NCBI GenBank assembly: GCA_010909165.1 | Contig: MU008194.1 | Location: 536,542-600,541, forward strand | Length of the DNA: 64,000 nt | Direction: 5' to 3' | Source of the DNA: Anthoceros angustus | Lineage: Eukaryota; Plantae; Anthocerotophyta | Part shown: positions 35,683-48,330 of the stretch, one piece after another | How the letters are laid out: every line of letters starts with the position of its first letter | Position numbering within the stretch: position 1 is the stretch's first letter | Position numbers and translations under genes: made by a program | The notes under the pieces: model-generated | The model's input: the letters and a program-made list of their open reading frames with translations, nothing else | Database searches by the model: none | Told to the model about the DNA's origin: nothing

Positions 35683-38600
35683 TCTTGGACTCGAAGAAGA
35701 GAGGTGTGAACATTGCTGAGTTTGCTTACAATGTGTGTCCAGCCTTAGCGACAAACAGTCCGGGCACTACCCGCTGCATGTTTCGATTGTCATAGATCAC
35801 GGCACAGTGGCTGGCTTTGTCCTCTTGCCAATTCTCCTCTTGCCAAAGACACTCTTCATCCCCACTGTCACCAGCCTGCCACCCCAATGGCGTAACCATA
35901 ATTCCCGCATGTAAAGGAATTAAAGTGCACGCTGCAACAAAACTTCACCCTGAGTAGTGGCGCCTGGTTGCCATACATGCGAGCTCTGCTGGTGACGACA
36001 TCGTAGTACTTTCTTTCGATGCTCTTCTCCAGTGAACTCCAATGAGCCACAGATGAAGCAATAAGCCCCGGGATCTCTAATTGCCTGCCGCATTTTCAAG
36101 CCTGGCAAATCTGCCTAAAACCCTTGACCAAAACGAGCACTGGCTGTACTGAATGTGTTTTAGCCAACGAGGGAGCAGCCCTCGAAGAAGCAAGGAAAGG
36201 ATGAATATACAGGCTGGGGTCCACTTCCTGTTGCTTGGAAGCGCCTCGTCAAGCCATCCGCTTGGGAAGGGTTTCGCAGCTTTGACAATGCACAAGGTTC
36301 GAGAACCGACGTGTGTGAGAAGCCAACGCGCCAATTTGCTGTCCTGATGAGGGACCGAGTCTGCCACGGCATGCTGTTCTATCACTATGCCGGCAATGCT
36401 GCCAAGTGCCAAACAAGTAGCGACGGACCCGGTTACCGTCAAGAGAAGCTCGTTTTCTAATAGCCCCTTTCCGGCAGTGTGAAGGAGGTTCGCGCTTTTC
36501 ATTTCCCAATCCCCTTCCCTGTGCGTGACAAGAGTGCGGAACCCGACGCGGCGAGCGAATCAGGCAGACGGGATGCGGCCTTCTACGGCGTGCCGCGCGC
36601 AGGACCAATCCCCGCTGGCCGGACTCTGCGCGCGCAAACATTGCTTCGGAGATCTGTGACTCGGATCGGTTGCGGAGTCGGGCGCCAGCGGCCAGCAACA
36701 TCTGCCATCTGGTTTGCGCTAGGACGTCGACTGCCCTACCTTTTGCACATGCCAAGTGTTTGCTGCACCATGTGAGCTGTGTTTCCGCTGCAGGAAAGCT
36801 GGCCGCCATCAGATGTGACTTGCATCGGGAACCTGCTCGGCAGGCACACCATGAGCCCCACTGGTGCTGCCCGCGGGGGTACGCGCTTGATGGGGTAACG
36901 CTTTCTTTAGTACTGCTGCTGTTGGACTGTTGCGGGATGAAACCCGGGCAGGTACGCCTCCACTCCTGTTCGGCATCTTGGTGATACACACCACAGTCTA
37001 CTGCAGGTGTGAACATCCTACCGTGCATTCGCGAGAAACAGTCTACTGCAGTTTGCAGGCTCTTTCCAGTAACCTAGTCTTTGCAGCATTTGGATTCCGA
37101 ACGTCTTTCCACAGTGTCCTTCCGGCGCTGTTGCTCATGTTTTCTGCACATCCACTGGAGTCTGGCCGGTGGCACGGAAAGTATCTTGGACTCGAAGAAG
37201 AGAGGTGTGAACATTGCTGAGTTTGCTTACAATGTGTGTCCAGCCTTAGCGACAAACAGTCCGGGCACTACCCGCTGCATGTTTCGATTGTCATAGATCA
37301 CGGCACAGTGGCTGGCTTTGTCCTCTTGCCAATTCTCCTCTTGCCAAAGACACTCTTCATCCCCACTGTCACCAGCCTGCCACCCCAATGGCGTAACCAT
37401 AATTCCCGCATGTAAAGGAATTAAAGTGCACGCTGCAACAAAACTTCACCCTGAGTAGTGGCGCCTGGTTGCCATACATGCGAGCTCTGCTGGTGACGAC
37501 ATCGTAGTACTTTCTTTCGATGCTCTTCTCCAGTGAACTCCAATGAGCCACAGATGAAGCAATAAGCCCCGGGATCTCTAATTGCCTGCCGCATTTTCAA
37601 GCCTGGCAAATCTGCCTAAAACCCTTGACCAAAAACGAGCACTGGCTGTACCGAATGTGTTTCTTGAAGCCAACGAGGGAGCAGCCCTCGAAGAAGCAAG
37701 GAAAGGATGAATATACAGGCTGGGGTCCACTTCCTGTTGCTTGGAAGCGCCTCGTCAAGCCATCCGCTTGGGAAGGGTTTCGCAGCTTTGACAATGCACA
37801 AGGTTCGAGAACCGACGTGTGTGAGAAGCCAACGCGCCAATTTGCTGTCCTGATGAGGGACCGAGTCTGCCACGGCATGCTGTTCTATCACTATGCCGGC
37901 AATGCTGCCAAGTGCCAAACAAGTAGCGACGGACCCGGTTACCGTCAAGAGAAGCTCGTTTTCTAATAGCCCCTTTCCGGCAGTGTGAAGGAGGTTCGCG
38001 CTTTTCATTTCCCAATCCCCTCCCCTGTGCGTGACAAGAGTGCGGAACCCGACGCGGCGAGCGAATCAGGCAGACGGGATGCGGCCTTCTACGGCGTGCC
38101 GCGCGCGCGGACCAATCCCCGCTGGCCGGACTCTGCGCGCGCAAACATTGCTTCGGAGATCTGTGACTCGGATCGGTTGCGGAGTCGGGCGCCAGCGGGC
38201 CAGCAACATCTGCCATCTGGTTTGCGCTAGGGACGTCGACTGCCCTACCTTTTGCACATGCCAAGTGTTTGCTGCACCATGTGAGCTGTGTTTCCGCTGC
38301 AGGAAAGCTGGCCGCCATCAGATGTGACTTGCATCGGGAACCTGCTCGGCAGGCACACCATGAGCCCCACTGGTGCTGCCCGCGGGGGTACGCGCTTGAT
38401 GGGGTAACGCTTTCTTTAGTACTGCTGCTGTTGGACTGTTGCGGGATGAAACCCGGGCAGGTACGCCTCCACTCCTGTTCGGCATCTTGGTGATACACAC
38501 CACAGTCTACTGCAGGTGTGAACATCCTACCGTGCATTCGCGAGAAACAGTCTACTGCAGTTTGCAGGCTCTTTCCAGTAACCTAGTCTTTGCAGCATTT

Positions 38601-38690
38601 GGATTCCGAACGTCTTTCCACAGTGTCCTTCCGGCGCTGTTGCTCATGTTTTCTGCACATCCACTGGAGTCTGGCCGGTGGCACGGAAAG
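35683..38690 (+). repeat. Near-identical tandem duplication, about 1.5-kb unit (35683-37182 / 37183-38690)
   Basis: Duplicated ORFs 35868/37369, 35920/37421 and 36249/37755. Confidence 0.97.
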
Positions 38691-39950
38691 TACACATGTA
38701 CCAGCTCATCACCCGATGTGAAACGCTGGTTGTGGGTTGTGATTGGCAGCGTACCACCATGGTCCAGAAGAGCATATCTTGTCGAATTCATCCGATGGCT
38801 CTTGCGTTTCACATCCTGGTCCCACTGCTAGGGGGTACATCACCTGGACAGGGCCTCGCTTCAGCGCATGCTCTGGCATCCATTTGAGGGAAGTAACGAC
38901 AAAGGTATCGGCTGACACTGAAACCCTAGCCAAGGTGAAACCCTAGCGAAAGGTAAAACCTGGCTTATGTTTCATCAATGTGATGGGATGCTCTTGAAAG
39001 TTTGCAAGGAAGGCAGACCTGAGGAAAATAGCCATTCCTGGGAACGTGCGCTCGTTGCTTGACCCTTCCCGCCTTTCCCCCTTCCACCCCTTCCCCCTTA
39101 TTATATCATCGCTGTCGCAGGTCCCATCCAATTTCTCTTGATCACCAGTGAGCCCTAGACGAAGAACCATGTACAGTACCAACGCTCCCTCAGCGCGGCC
39201 TGGGCATCTTTCTGTAGAGTCACGTCAGAGAAGATGGTGCCAGCCTGATGGGGTACTCCTGGCGCAAGACTCTGGTGTCCCCAATGTGAACTTTGTAAGT
39301 TGTGGGCCTGGAGGCTGGGCTGTGTTCCGCCGTAGACATGGCTGTCATGGAGGGTGACGCAAACACGGTAACGCTGATCAAAGCTTGGGTGGGGCCTGCC
39401 AGGTGAAACCCTCACAACTGATCACTTCATTGCATATGGTGTGGGTATTAGCTGTCATTCTCACCTACCAGTAGCCAAGTCATAATTCGCATTCTAATCA
39501 CTTGTGACAAACTCGACTGTACAGGACTTATTGCTCCACTCATAGCCGTTCGGGGTTTGCACCAAGATGTGCTTGGAACGAATTGGTGGGGGCCCGTTTT
39601 TTCTGTCTCGTAGAATGCCAGTCTTGCGTCTAGCAGATTGTTTATGATTTATGTCCCTGGGTCATCTCATGTGTATGTTTCAGATGTATATAGGTACCGA
39701 GTTCGCAATAACGAAGTCTGCATTGGCGGACTCTGGGGGGAATTTTTGTAGGTGAATACCTAAAGACTTTTGTGGGGAAAAGAAAGTGCATCGGGAAAGG
39801 CAACACCGCCACCCATGTACTGTCTGTTGAGATGAAGCCTGCTTCCTCGTACAACTTGACAGTTGGGATCGTTGGCCGATGCGTCATCTCCGCACGCCCC
39901 GCTTCAACGGCCAAGATTAGGCAGCGCCCATCCCGGTGTTGGGCCCCGGC
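35690..39950 (-). pseudogene. Degenerate spliced gene with SWIM-like and CxC-like cysteine clusters, possibly KDZ/Zisupton-type transposon-derived
   Basis: 'WCACRAGSRC...WCSKHL' (SWIM-like) and 'VHCQSC'. In-frame splice 'RMYGNQAPLLR|AGDSGDEECLWQEENW...CAVIYDNRNMQRVVPGLFVAKAGHT|gtaagc'. Internal stops. Confidence 0.35.
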
Positions 39951-40884
39951 CACCGGTGCTGGCCGGTGTGAAGAGAGCGCCGGTCCGAAACGCGCGCGCC
40001 AAGCACGAGCGCTAACTTGCGCCGGCTCCGCATTCCGGTTTCCCGTGACGCGGTGCCGCTAAAAAAAGATGGCAGGCCCGCCCGGGCGATTCGCCAGCTG
40101 GTTTCGCCCGCGGCGCAAATTCGACACATTGGCTGGCTGTCCCCGGCTCTTCGTTCTTTGACTGACCTCGGCCGCCTGCGTTGCTGACCGACTTTGCCTT
40201 CGCTCCGCTTGCCGGAGCCGCTCCAATTCGACCTCGGAGCGTGACGACGCGCTGAGCTTGATTCTTCAGATCTCTGATTTGCGGACTGCCGGGAGCTGAG
40301 AAGCGGAAGTTAGGTCTGTCAGATCTGGAAGGTTGAGCTCCCGCCGCTGCCGCCTCTGCTGCTCCTGAAGCAGGCAAGGAAGGGAGGAAGGAAGAAAGAA
40401 AGGGCTGCATTGCCGCTGCCGGGTGCTGAGCTTGGGAGGACGATGCAGGTTGAGCTCGGAAGCAGAGGCTTCCTCGAGCTGGCTTGCTGAGGAGGCCGTA
40501 CTGCTGTTGTTTTCTCTGCACATGAAGGAGGACTTAGAGGAAGAGCCGTCTTCGGAGCTGCAGGTGCGATGGCGGGCTGCGGGGTATGGAGCTGAACATG
40601 AACGTTTTGGGTGATTGGTTTGCCGCCGTAGGGGGCCTCAGGTCCGTAGCAGGTACAGCGGATCCGGCTTCGGAAGGAGGGCAGCAGGATTTTGGGTCGG
40701 GAGGATGCGGTGAGGGAATAGTGTTTGCCGCCGCACGGGAAGGGGACAGATTGATGCGGGAGGGAGATATTTTGGAAGGGTTTCTAGCTTCGAAAGGAAG
40801 CTGGTAGACTGGTCTTGCAGATCTGGTCTCGGTATTGTAGAGTAGGCAGGGAGCGGTCGTGCTGGGAGGAAGAGAAGGGAGGCG

Positions 40885-43800
40885 ATGGCCTGCCGGTGGC
40901 CTCTGTTCCCTGTCCTGATAGTTTGCCTGCTGGCTATCAGTCAAGGCCTTTCTGCTGTGAGCGGTACGGACTATGTTTTGGTGGGGAAAGACGCATGGCG
41001 AGTGCCTCAGAGTCGGTATCACTTCAGGAACTGGGCCAGCAGCATCATCTTCTATCCCGGTGACTCGATCAGTAAGTTTCAGCTGAGCTTTGATCTGCTT
41101 GGCTTTTTTCAATGTTTTGGCGGGAAGGGGGTTGGTGCTTTGCTTTGTTGTGCGCTGTCTCAGATCTGCATTGCTCGCTTTGCAGCCTTTGTCTACGATG
41201 GGCGTGTTGACTGCGTTCAGGAAGTGGACGAGGCCGGGTTCACTGCTTGCGGATCGAATAACCCGCTCAGTACAGATGCCACGGGCGCAACCAGAGTGGA
41301 TTTGGTGGAGCCTGGTAATTATGTATGCTTGGATGTGGAGACTGGCTGCATTTGTTGGGGATGGCTTTTGTGAGGTGACATTGCGTTGTCTTCTTTTGCA
41401 GGGAAGAGATACTTCATAACAGGCAACTTCGCCAACTGCAGAGCGGGCCTTCAGCTGTCGGTCCATGTGAATTCAAGCGCGCACATGGGAGGCAGATATA
41501 CATTTGCAGAGGGGGGTGCTCCTTCTGCTAGTCCTGCTGTTGCCCCACCTGTTGCTTCACCTCCTTCAAAGGATAATGCGACGCCTCCTGTGAAACCTAC
41601 AGCCAGTGTTCCTCCTCCTGACACAGCTCCTCCAACTACTCCCCCGACTACTCCTCCAACTACTCCCCGTCTGCTCCTCCAGCTCCACCACCATCTGCAC
41701 CCCCAGCTCCCCAGCTGTACCCCCATCTCCACCCCCAGCAACTCCTCCATCTCCACCCCCAACATCTCCTCCATCTCCTCCCCAGCTTCTCCTCCATCAC
41801 CACCTCCAGCTTCTCCGCCGTCACCACCTCCAGCCTCTCCTCCGTCACCACCTCCAGCTTCTCCTCCGGCACCACCTCCAGCCTCCCCTCCGTCACCACC
41901 TCCAGCCTCCCCTCCATCACCACCTCCAGCTGCTCCTCCGTCACCCCCACCTGCTGCTCCACCCCTAGCACCCCCGCCGTCGGTTCCACCGACTGCTCCT
42001 CCACTTACTCCACCGTCTCCACCTCCACCTGCACAACGGTCGCCACCCCCATCTGTACCACCTGCTCCACTATCTGCACCTCCGCCCGCAGCTCCACCTC
42101 CTGTCCCACCTGCTACCAGCCCTCCTTCCCCACCACCCAACGGAACTCCACCACCTGTGTCCACCATTCCTCCTTCCCCGCCTCCCTCAGTCCCGCCTGC
42201 AATTCCTCCTCAGGCCTCGCCACCCCCTGCTCCTTTAGCGTCTCCTCCCTCTGCTCCTCCTCTATTATCCCCCCCTGCTCCTCCGCCTGCCTCACCACCA
42301 CCCGTACCTCTGGCTACTGCACCTCCACCTGTAGCTACTCCTCCACCTCCCGAGACCGCTGCTCCTCCACCTCCCTCAACTCTTGCACCTCCCCCACCTA
42401 GGACCTCATCCAGGTCTCCACCTCCTCCTGCATCTCCAGCAGGCACTGGTTCACCTCCCCCCTCTGCCCCTTCCGCTTCCAATAACACGGCCGTCATTGC
42501 TGGTAAGCCCTTTTGTTGCAATGGGAAGACGTGGAGTTCCTTGGGCCGTGCTTTTCAGCTGGTGTTTGTGTCTGCTTTCTTCAAGCAACTGATCATACCG
42601 TGCTCTTTGTTGTGAGCAGGCGTGGTTGTAGGAGTGATACTTTTGGCCGGAGTTATTCTTGCCGTTGTGATGTGCTGCTATTGTCGGAGACCTACAGAGA
42701 AGTCATCGAATGACTTGATTTATCCCCCTCGTCCACCGCCCGGTCAGGACTTCGCATCATCAGGAGTTTACAGTGACGCCCAGAAGTATCCGAGTCTGAA
42801 ACCAGGGAGCACAGGCTCCTCGGGTTACTCTGGGGATCCTGATATTGGTCCACCGCCTGCTGGGGGTACACATTACATTCAAAAGGAGGGCGCCTTGTTG
42901 TTTACTCTTCAGGACCTACAGCGAGCAACTCGGAACTTTGCGAGGGATTTGGAACTTGGAAGTGGAGGATTCGGGACAGTGTACAAGGGATACTTAGATG
43001 ATGGCACTGTGGTGGCCATCAAGCGGGCCAAACCAGGTGGCACGAAGCACGATACTGCTCAGTTTGGCAACGAGGTGACCATTTTATCCAAGCTAAATCA
43101 CAGGAATCTGGTCAAGTTGATCGGGTACTGTGTCGAGACAGAAGTTCCGCTACTGGTGTACGAGTACGTCTCTAATGGAACCCTTTCCGATCATCTCATG
43201 GGCGACCGCAGCACCTCAAACCTCCTAGGTACTACCTGCCTTTTCCATTTTCCTGTTGGTACACTTATATCGTCTGGCGTCTGTGGAGCCGAGCTGCTTG
43301 GCTAAGACTGTGTCTCAATCGGTGTGCAGACTGGAACAGACGTCTTCAAATTGCTATAGAGACTGCGGAGGCTCTGAAATACTTGCACTTCTCTGCATCG
43401 CCTCCAATTTTCCACAGAGATGTGAAGTCAGCTAATATTCTTTTGGACGATAACTTCAGTGCAAAGGTCGCAGATTTTGGCCTCTCCAAGCTAGTGCCCA
43501 TGGACCAAACTCACGTGTCCACAGTTGTCAAAGGTACTTGCTTCTTATTTTCTGCAAGCTGAACTGTGACAGTCATGTGTCTTGGGTGCTAAAGGTGGAC
43601 ATGTCTGGGATGTGACTGTAGGAACGCCTGGCTACTTGGATCCAGAGTACTATCATAACTTCCAGCTCACAGACAAAACAGATGTGTACAGCTACGGAGT
43701 TGTCCTCCTCGAGCTGTTGACGTCTCAGAAGCCCGTTGATCTTTCTAGGAATCCCCGGGAGGCAAATCTGGCTGTGAGGTCGATCCCGTTGATCAAGCGG

Positions 43801-44397
43801 GGTCGCGTCGAAGAGATCATCGATCCTCAATTAGGGGTGGAGAACAACCCGCAGGTCTTGGGAATTTTGGAAGCAGTTGCTCAGGTACCAGCACCGTCTC
43901 CTACTTCTTCGTCATGTGACAGTTGTGACAGACAAGTAGAGTTCTTCATAACTGACAGTCCTTTTCCCCTTTCTCCACAGGTTGCGGTGGCTTGTTTGGT
44001 GCCAGAGAGGGAAAATAGACCTTCAATGAAGGAAGTAGTTGCAATGCTAGAGAGCATTTCAAAGGGCTCAAACCCATCAAAGACTGCAGCAGACTACTAC
44101 AACAGGCAGGAGCGGGATGAGGATGAGGACTACCCACCATACAACAGCCGTTACACCGACAGCCGTGGCTACTCCGACAGCAGGGGAGGCTACACCGACA
44201 GCAGAGCCTACACCGACAGCAGGGGGTACCCCGACAGCAGAACGTCTTCAACCTCCCCTCATGACAGCATCGTCATCGACGGAGTCCAGTATGTACCGGC
44301 AGACCCCAGCTCTGGAAGCTCCATCAGGTCAAGAGACAGTTCGGGCAGATCGGTCAGGTCGAAAGACCCCTTAACCAGTAATGTGTACCCGAGGTAA
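40885..44397 (+). CDS. Receptor-like kinase: signal peptide, phytocyanin (ENODL-like) domain, Pro-rich stalk, TM helix, WAK/LRK10L-like RD Ser/Thr kinase, YxDSR repeat tail
   Basis: Exons 40885-41071, 41186-41314, 41402-42502, 42620-43228, 43330-43533, 43622-43884 and 43981-44397; all introns GT-AG and phase-compatible. Motifs '[19 protein letters not shown]', '[23 protein letters not shown]', TM '[17 protein letters not shown]', '[11 protein letters not shown]', 'VAIK', '[11 protein letters not shown]', 'DFG', '[10 protein letters not shown]'. Confidence 0.9.
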
Positions 44398-44725
44398 AAG
44401 AGGCCCGGTCATCTTCGCTCCATTGCCTTTTTGCATCAGGTAGTGGAAACTAAAATGCTTCCAGTGTGTGATCCGGGTTGAGAACGGGAACGTAGCCTAG
44501 TTGCTGTACAGATCGGACATGCTCCTGGGCGCCCCCCACCGTGGCAGGTGGTGATGCATCTGGAGCGCGTCTGCAGGGCTTCTGAAGTGCATCGGCTCCC
44601 CTAGCGCTGGCGGGATGTAACATTAGTGGTCTTCCTCCGTTGCCAGTTTAATCTATTCTGCGACTGAAACGATTCTTTTGTGTGCCCCGTTGTGGCCACG
44701 ATATTTGTCATCCCGGGTGAAGCAA

Positions 44726-45390
44726 ATGGCTTCTGATCACTTGTGTTTCATTCTTGCGTCGTTGCCCTGCAAGGCCTCCACAAGTGCTTTGTCATATTGT
44801 CGGGACCTAGAGATAGACGTAGATTGTAGAACCAGAACACGTCCAGCTCCGATTTACGTGGACACTGATCGGTTGGGTGAGCTCCATCTCATGTCCTGAA
44901 TCAGGCTTGCGATCGTTTGGCCGCGTCATCGACAGCGCATTGTGTGTGATTGTGGGGACTGGGTGGCTATGGCAGTGTTCATCTACGACAACCTGACCCA
45001 CAACGTGGCTCAGCTGGACGCCGTGTCCTACAGCACCTGCGACACCAGCAGCCCGCTCATCACCTTCGATACCGGGTCGGATGCCCTGCGCCCGCACCGG
45101 GCCAGGACCTTGTACTTCAGCAGCTCTAAGCTCGATAACTGCAGTGCCGGAATGCGCTTCAGCAAGCAGTACGTTGGCCTGCGGACGGCAATCCTCCCCC
45201 ATCTCCACCGACCTCGTCAGCCCCGCCTCCTGTTGTCTCTTCACCGCCTCCCTTTCCGGCTTTCCCGCCTCCTCCCCAGCCCAAGAGCTCGGCGCTCGAG
45301 CCAAACAGCCAAACGCCAAACCCCTGTGCACTGCTGTGAGGTCTGTTTGGGGATTTTTAGTCCGGGTGCTCGACTTGCCCCCGGACTAAA
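44726..45390 (+). CDS. Second phytocyanin/ENODL-like gene with Pro/Ser-rich tail; frameshifted (pseudogene or sequencing errors)
   Basis: Exon 1 is signal-peptide-like and ends '...IYVDTDRL|gtgag'. Exon 2 reads 'VFIYDNLTHNVAQLDAVSYSTCDTSSPLITFDTGSD...TLYFSSSKLDNCSAGMRF', followed by an SPP-rich segment and a hydrophobic end. Confidence 0.7.
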
Positions 45391-46329
45391 ACGTCCTTTT
45401 TTTTCTCTCTCTGCTTTAAATTTAAAATCGATGGATACAATAAATATTGTAATACACAGGATAAAGGTAAAGTCCGCAGTCCTTGTCGATCCTTGTCGAC
45501 CCATGGAAATAAAATCCAGTCCTTTCCTATCTCCTCTTTATACTTTTTACCTAACTCTATTTATTTTGATAATTTTTTAATTTAATCTATATACTGCGGT
45601 ATTGAGTTGAATTTTTAAGAGGGGTAGAAGGAGTGTCCAATGGGGACCTAGCAATCGCTCCTTCAATTTCTTAACCTGAGTTTTATAATCTTGGATATTT
45701 TAGCTTGATTGACTATTTGTGCGATGGAACTTATAAATTCGGTCATAACCTGCAGAAATAATAAATCAAAGATTAATATATTATCTAAATCAATTAGTCT
45801 AATAAAATAAGATATAATCAAATAGTAGTTACATGATTACTTGCCTTGATTATATTATTCAATAATTCCTCGAGTTGAATATTCAATAATGATCTTGTGG
45901 ATATCATAAGGTGCGACCATCTTGATTCTTTCTCTTGGCTTTTCAGGTTCCTCGTATTCCTCCCTGCACTTGCTCGTAGAGGTGGAGTGGCTAAGAGACC
46001 TATTTTTTGTAAATTGACTAAACACCAAAAGGTCAAGGTCAGCAAAAGGGTGATGGCATGCTAGATGGCCATGGACATAAGGATGTTTCCATAGATATTT
46101 AGATTAGGCAATAAGATAGCAAGATATGAGATAACCCAAGGCCATATATATGTGTATGCTGCTGGTCCAAATAAAATTGGATTAGTAGATATCTACTGTG
46201 AAAGATTATATTAAGGATAATAAAGACACATATTTTTTTGTTGCACACCTTGTTCTTGTTTCCTTTGCATAGTGTTGGCTGCGGCAAGCATCTCAGCAAG
46301 GGCTGGGGATCTTGCTTATTTTCCACATC

Positions 46330-48330
46330 TACTCATTCATCACAGTAGATGCTTGGATCGGACTTGGTGAGAGGTTGAAGATCGCTGCAGTTGGAGTCTC
46401 GAAGGACTTGCATTTAGTTGCTTCTGTTTTGTTAGAGAAAACTCGTATGCCAAGATGAATGTGTCTGAAAGAAGCAATTTGTCGACGTGTTTCCGCAACC
46501 TTATGCTCCGACATTGAGAGCGACCCCCACGATTGGCACGCGTTGGTGCCTGATCAGGTAAAATCATCTCCTCTAGGTACCTGCCTTCAAATGCGTCAGT
46601 GCATTTAGTAACCCACCAATGGACTTTAATGAATGGGGCGTCACATTGGAAGTCCACAGGACTTTTGCGAGCGTAACGGTCGATTGTCGACATCCGCCCT
46701 CAAGGCACCGCAATCATGTGACTGTTTTGTATCTCAACATCGCCTGCCAGCTTTCTTGTTCCCGCCAGCGCATCATCCCCGCTGATGCGCTCCAACATAC
46801 ATGTCCCGCCGTGGCACTTCACGGAGGATTGGATGCTGTAAAATCTCAGCCTCGGGTACAACCAAAGGGCGATATAACTCTTCATTACGTGTTCTATCAT
46901 ACCTGGATCGAGTTCCAAAGTGTGCACCCGAGAGGCAGGGGGATCCACCCACCTCTGGGTATTCTGGAAAACCTTAAGCTCCACCAACATATTCAGATAA
47001 GCGAAATAGCAGTGCATTCTTATTCTCCCGTGCAGTATTGTCCAGTTGAAGATAGAGGACCTTTGATAGTAGTCCCTCGTAATTTGAAATTACATGCTGG
47101 ATGTTGGCTATAGTCAGGTTTGCTCCGAATGTTCCCATATGCCACGAATAGTTTCGCCGACATGGTGTAGTTGTAAACCATGCAATCCATAATGTGGACG
47201 TCGATCAAACCTACATCTGAAAGGTCCTTCAGCAAACGCGTAAAATGGGGAAGTTGTGTCTTCTGCTGGTCCATCCCGTCGATGGATATCCCGATATACT
47301 TCGCCGGATCCCCATAACATTTTACATGGTGCTTGATGCATTTTTCTCTCGGACTTGTGAGTCAGCCCGCCTCGGATCGCCTTCAAATGCTTCGCAAAAT
47401 AATCACCCAAACAACATTCAAAAATAAGCTGCCGCTTTGGCCATTGTTAGCCACCTGAACTAGCGGATGGACATGCAGGGTGTGGTGGCCGACGGCCTCA
47501 TTCTGGCGCACTCGTGTGGGCCCTCGGCCGTGGCGAACTTGGTCGCCGGCCGACCCGCGCACCAAACAACCGGGCCTCCTGGGATAACGCGGCTGGTGGC
47601 CCACGCCCACCCAGTGAGGCGCGACCACGCACCATCCACCAGCGGTATGGAAGCAAGTTCAAATCACGCCTCACCTTGTTTTCTCTGCTTTTCTCGCTTT
47701 TATATTTCGCTTGAGGTAATCGTTGTTGTGCACAAGGCAAACCGATTGCTCTTCGAATTTTGACCTTGTGGAAGTGCGAGCCCAAAGTCGATAAAAGTAG
47801 GAATGAGAACATCAGACGCCGAAAGGCCACGATATGTTGCTTGTATTCTTGAAAGACCTCGCCTTTTGTGTAAGAGTCAGGAAGGTGATACACTGCAATG
47901 TTTGGCATTCTCTCGACAATGAGCATAAGCAGTTGGTTCATCCACCGAGTCACAAAGATGCGATTCGCCGTATCGCAGTATGGGCGCACCACGAATGTTT
48001 CCGACCGCCTCGCCGCTTCTTCGCACTGCCAGACCCGATACAATAAACGCGCCAAGGCCTCTACAACAATACACTTTTCCTCGTCCGACAAGAAACGAGT
48101 CTACCCTAACCCTTCCATCGCCTCCCATAATCGACATCAAAAGGGATTGTAGGTGCATCTCGCCTCCCGCCGCACATTCTAAGACATACCTCAAATCTCG
48201 AAGGTTGCCTTCCTATTGTCCTCAAGCATTGTCTACCACAACATGTTTTGCGGAAATCACGGTAATACGAACCTCTTCACATTTCATCTCGTGTACTTTA
48301 GATTGCCTTCTATGTACGTGCTACGCAGTC
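46330..48330 (-). mobile_element. Sola-like DD(D/E) DNA transposase remnant
   Basis: 'ERMPN...HLPDSYTKGEVFQEY', 'F.KVKI..NRFALC', 'ISIDGMDQQKTQLPHFTR', 'LYLQLDNTARENKN...LVELKVF'. The expected downstream GHTH.DIDQ motif is absent. Confidence 0.6.

Noticed and set aside
41667-41780. '[13 protein letters not shown]' segment as a His-rich metal-binding motif
   Set aside because: Reads as Pro-rich repeat in a shifted frame; probably compensating indel errors.
41451-42521. Gly-rich minus-strand ORFs (41451..42167, 42210..42521)
   Set aside because: Antisense shadows of the Pro-rich exon of the RLK.
43885-43980. In-frame 32-aa insertion in the kinase (VPAPSPTSS...SPQ)
   Set aside because: Bounded by GT...CAG with a pyrimidine tract; it is a 96-nt intron.
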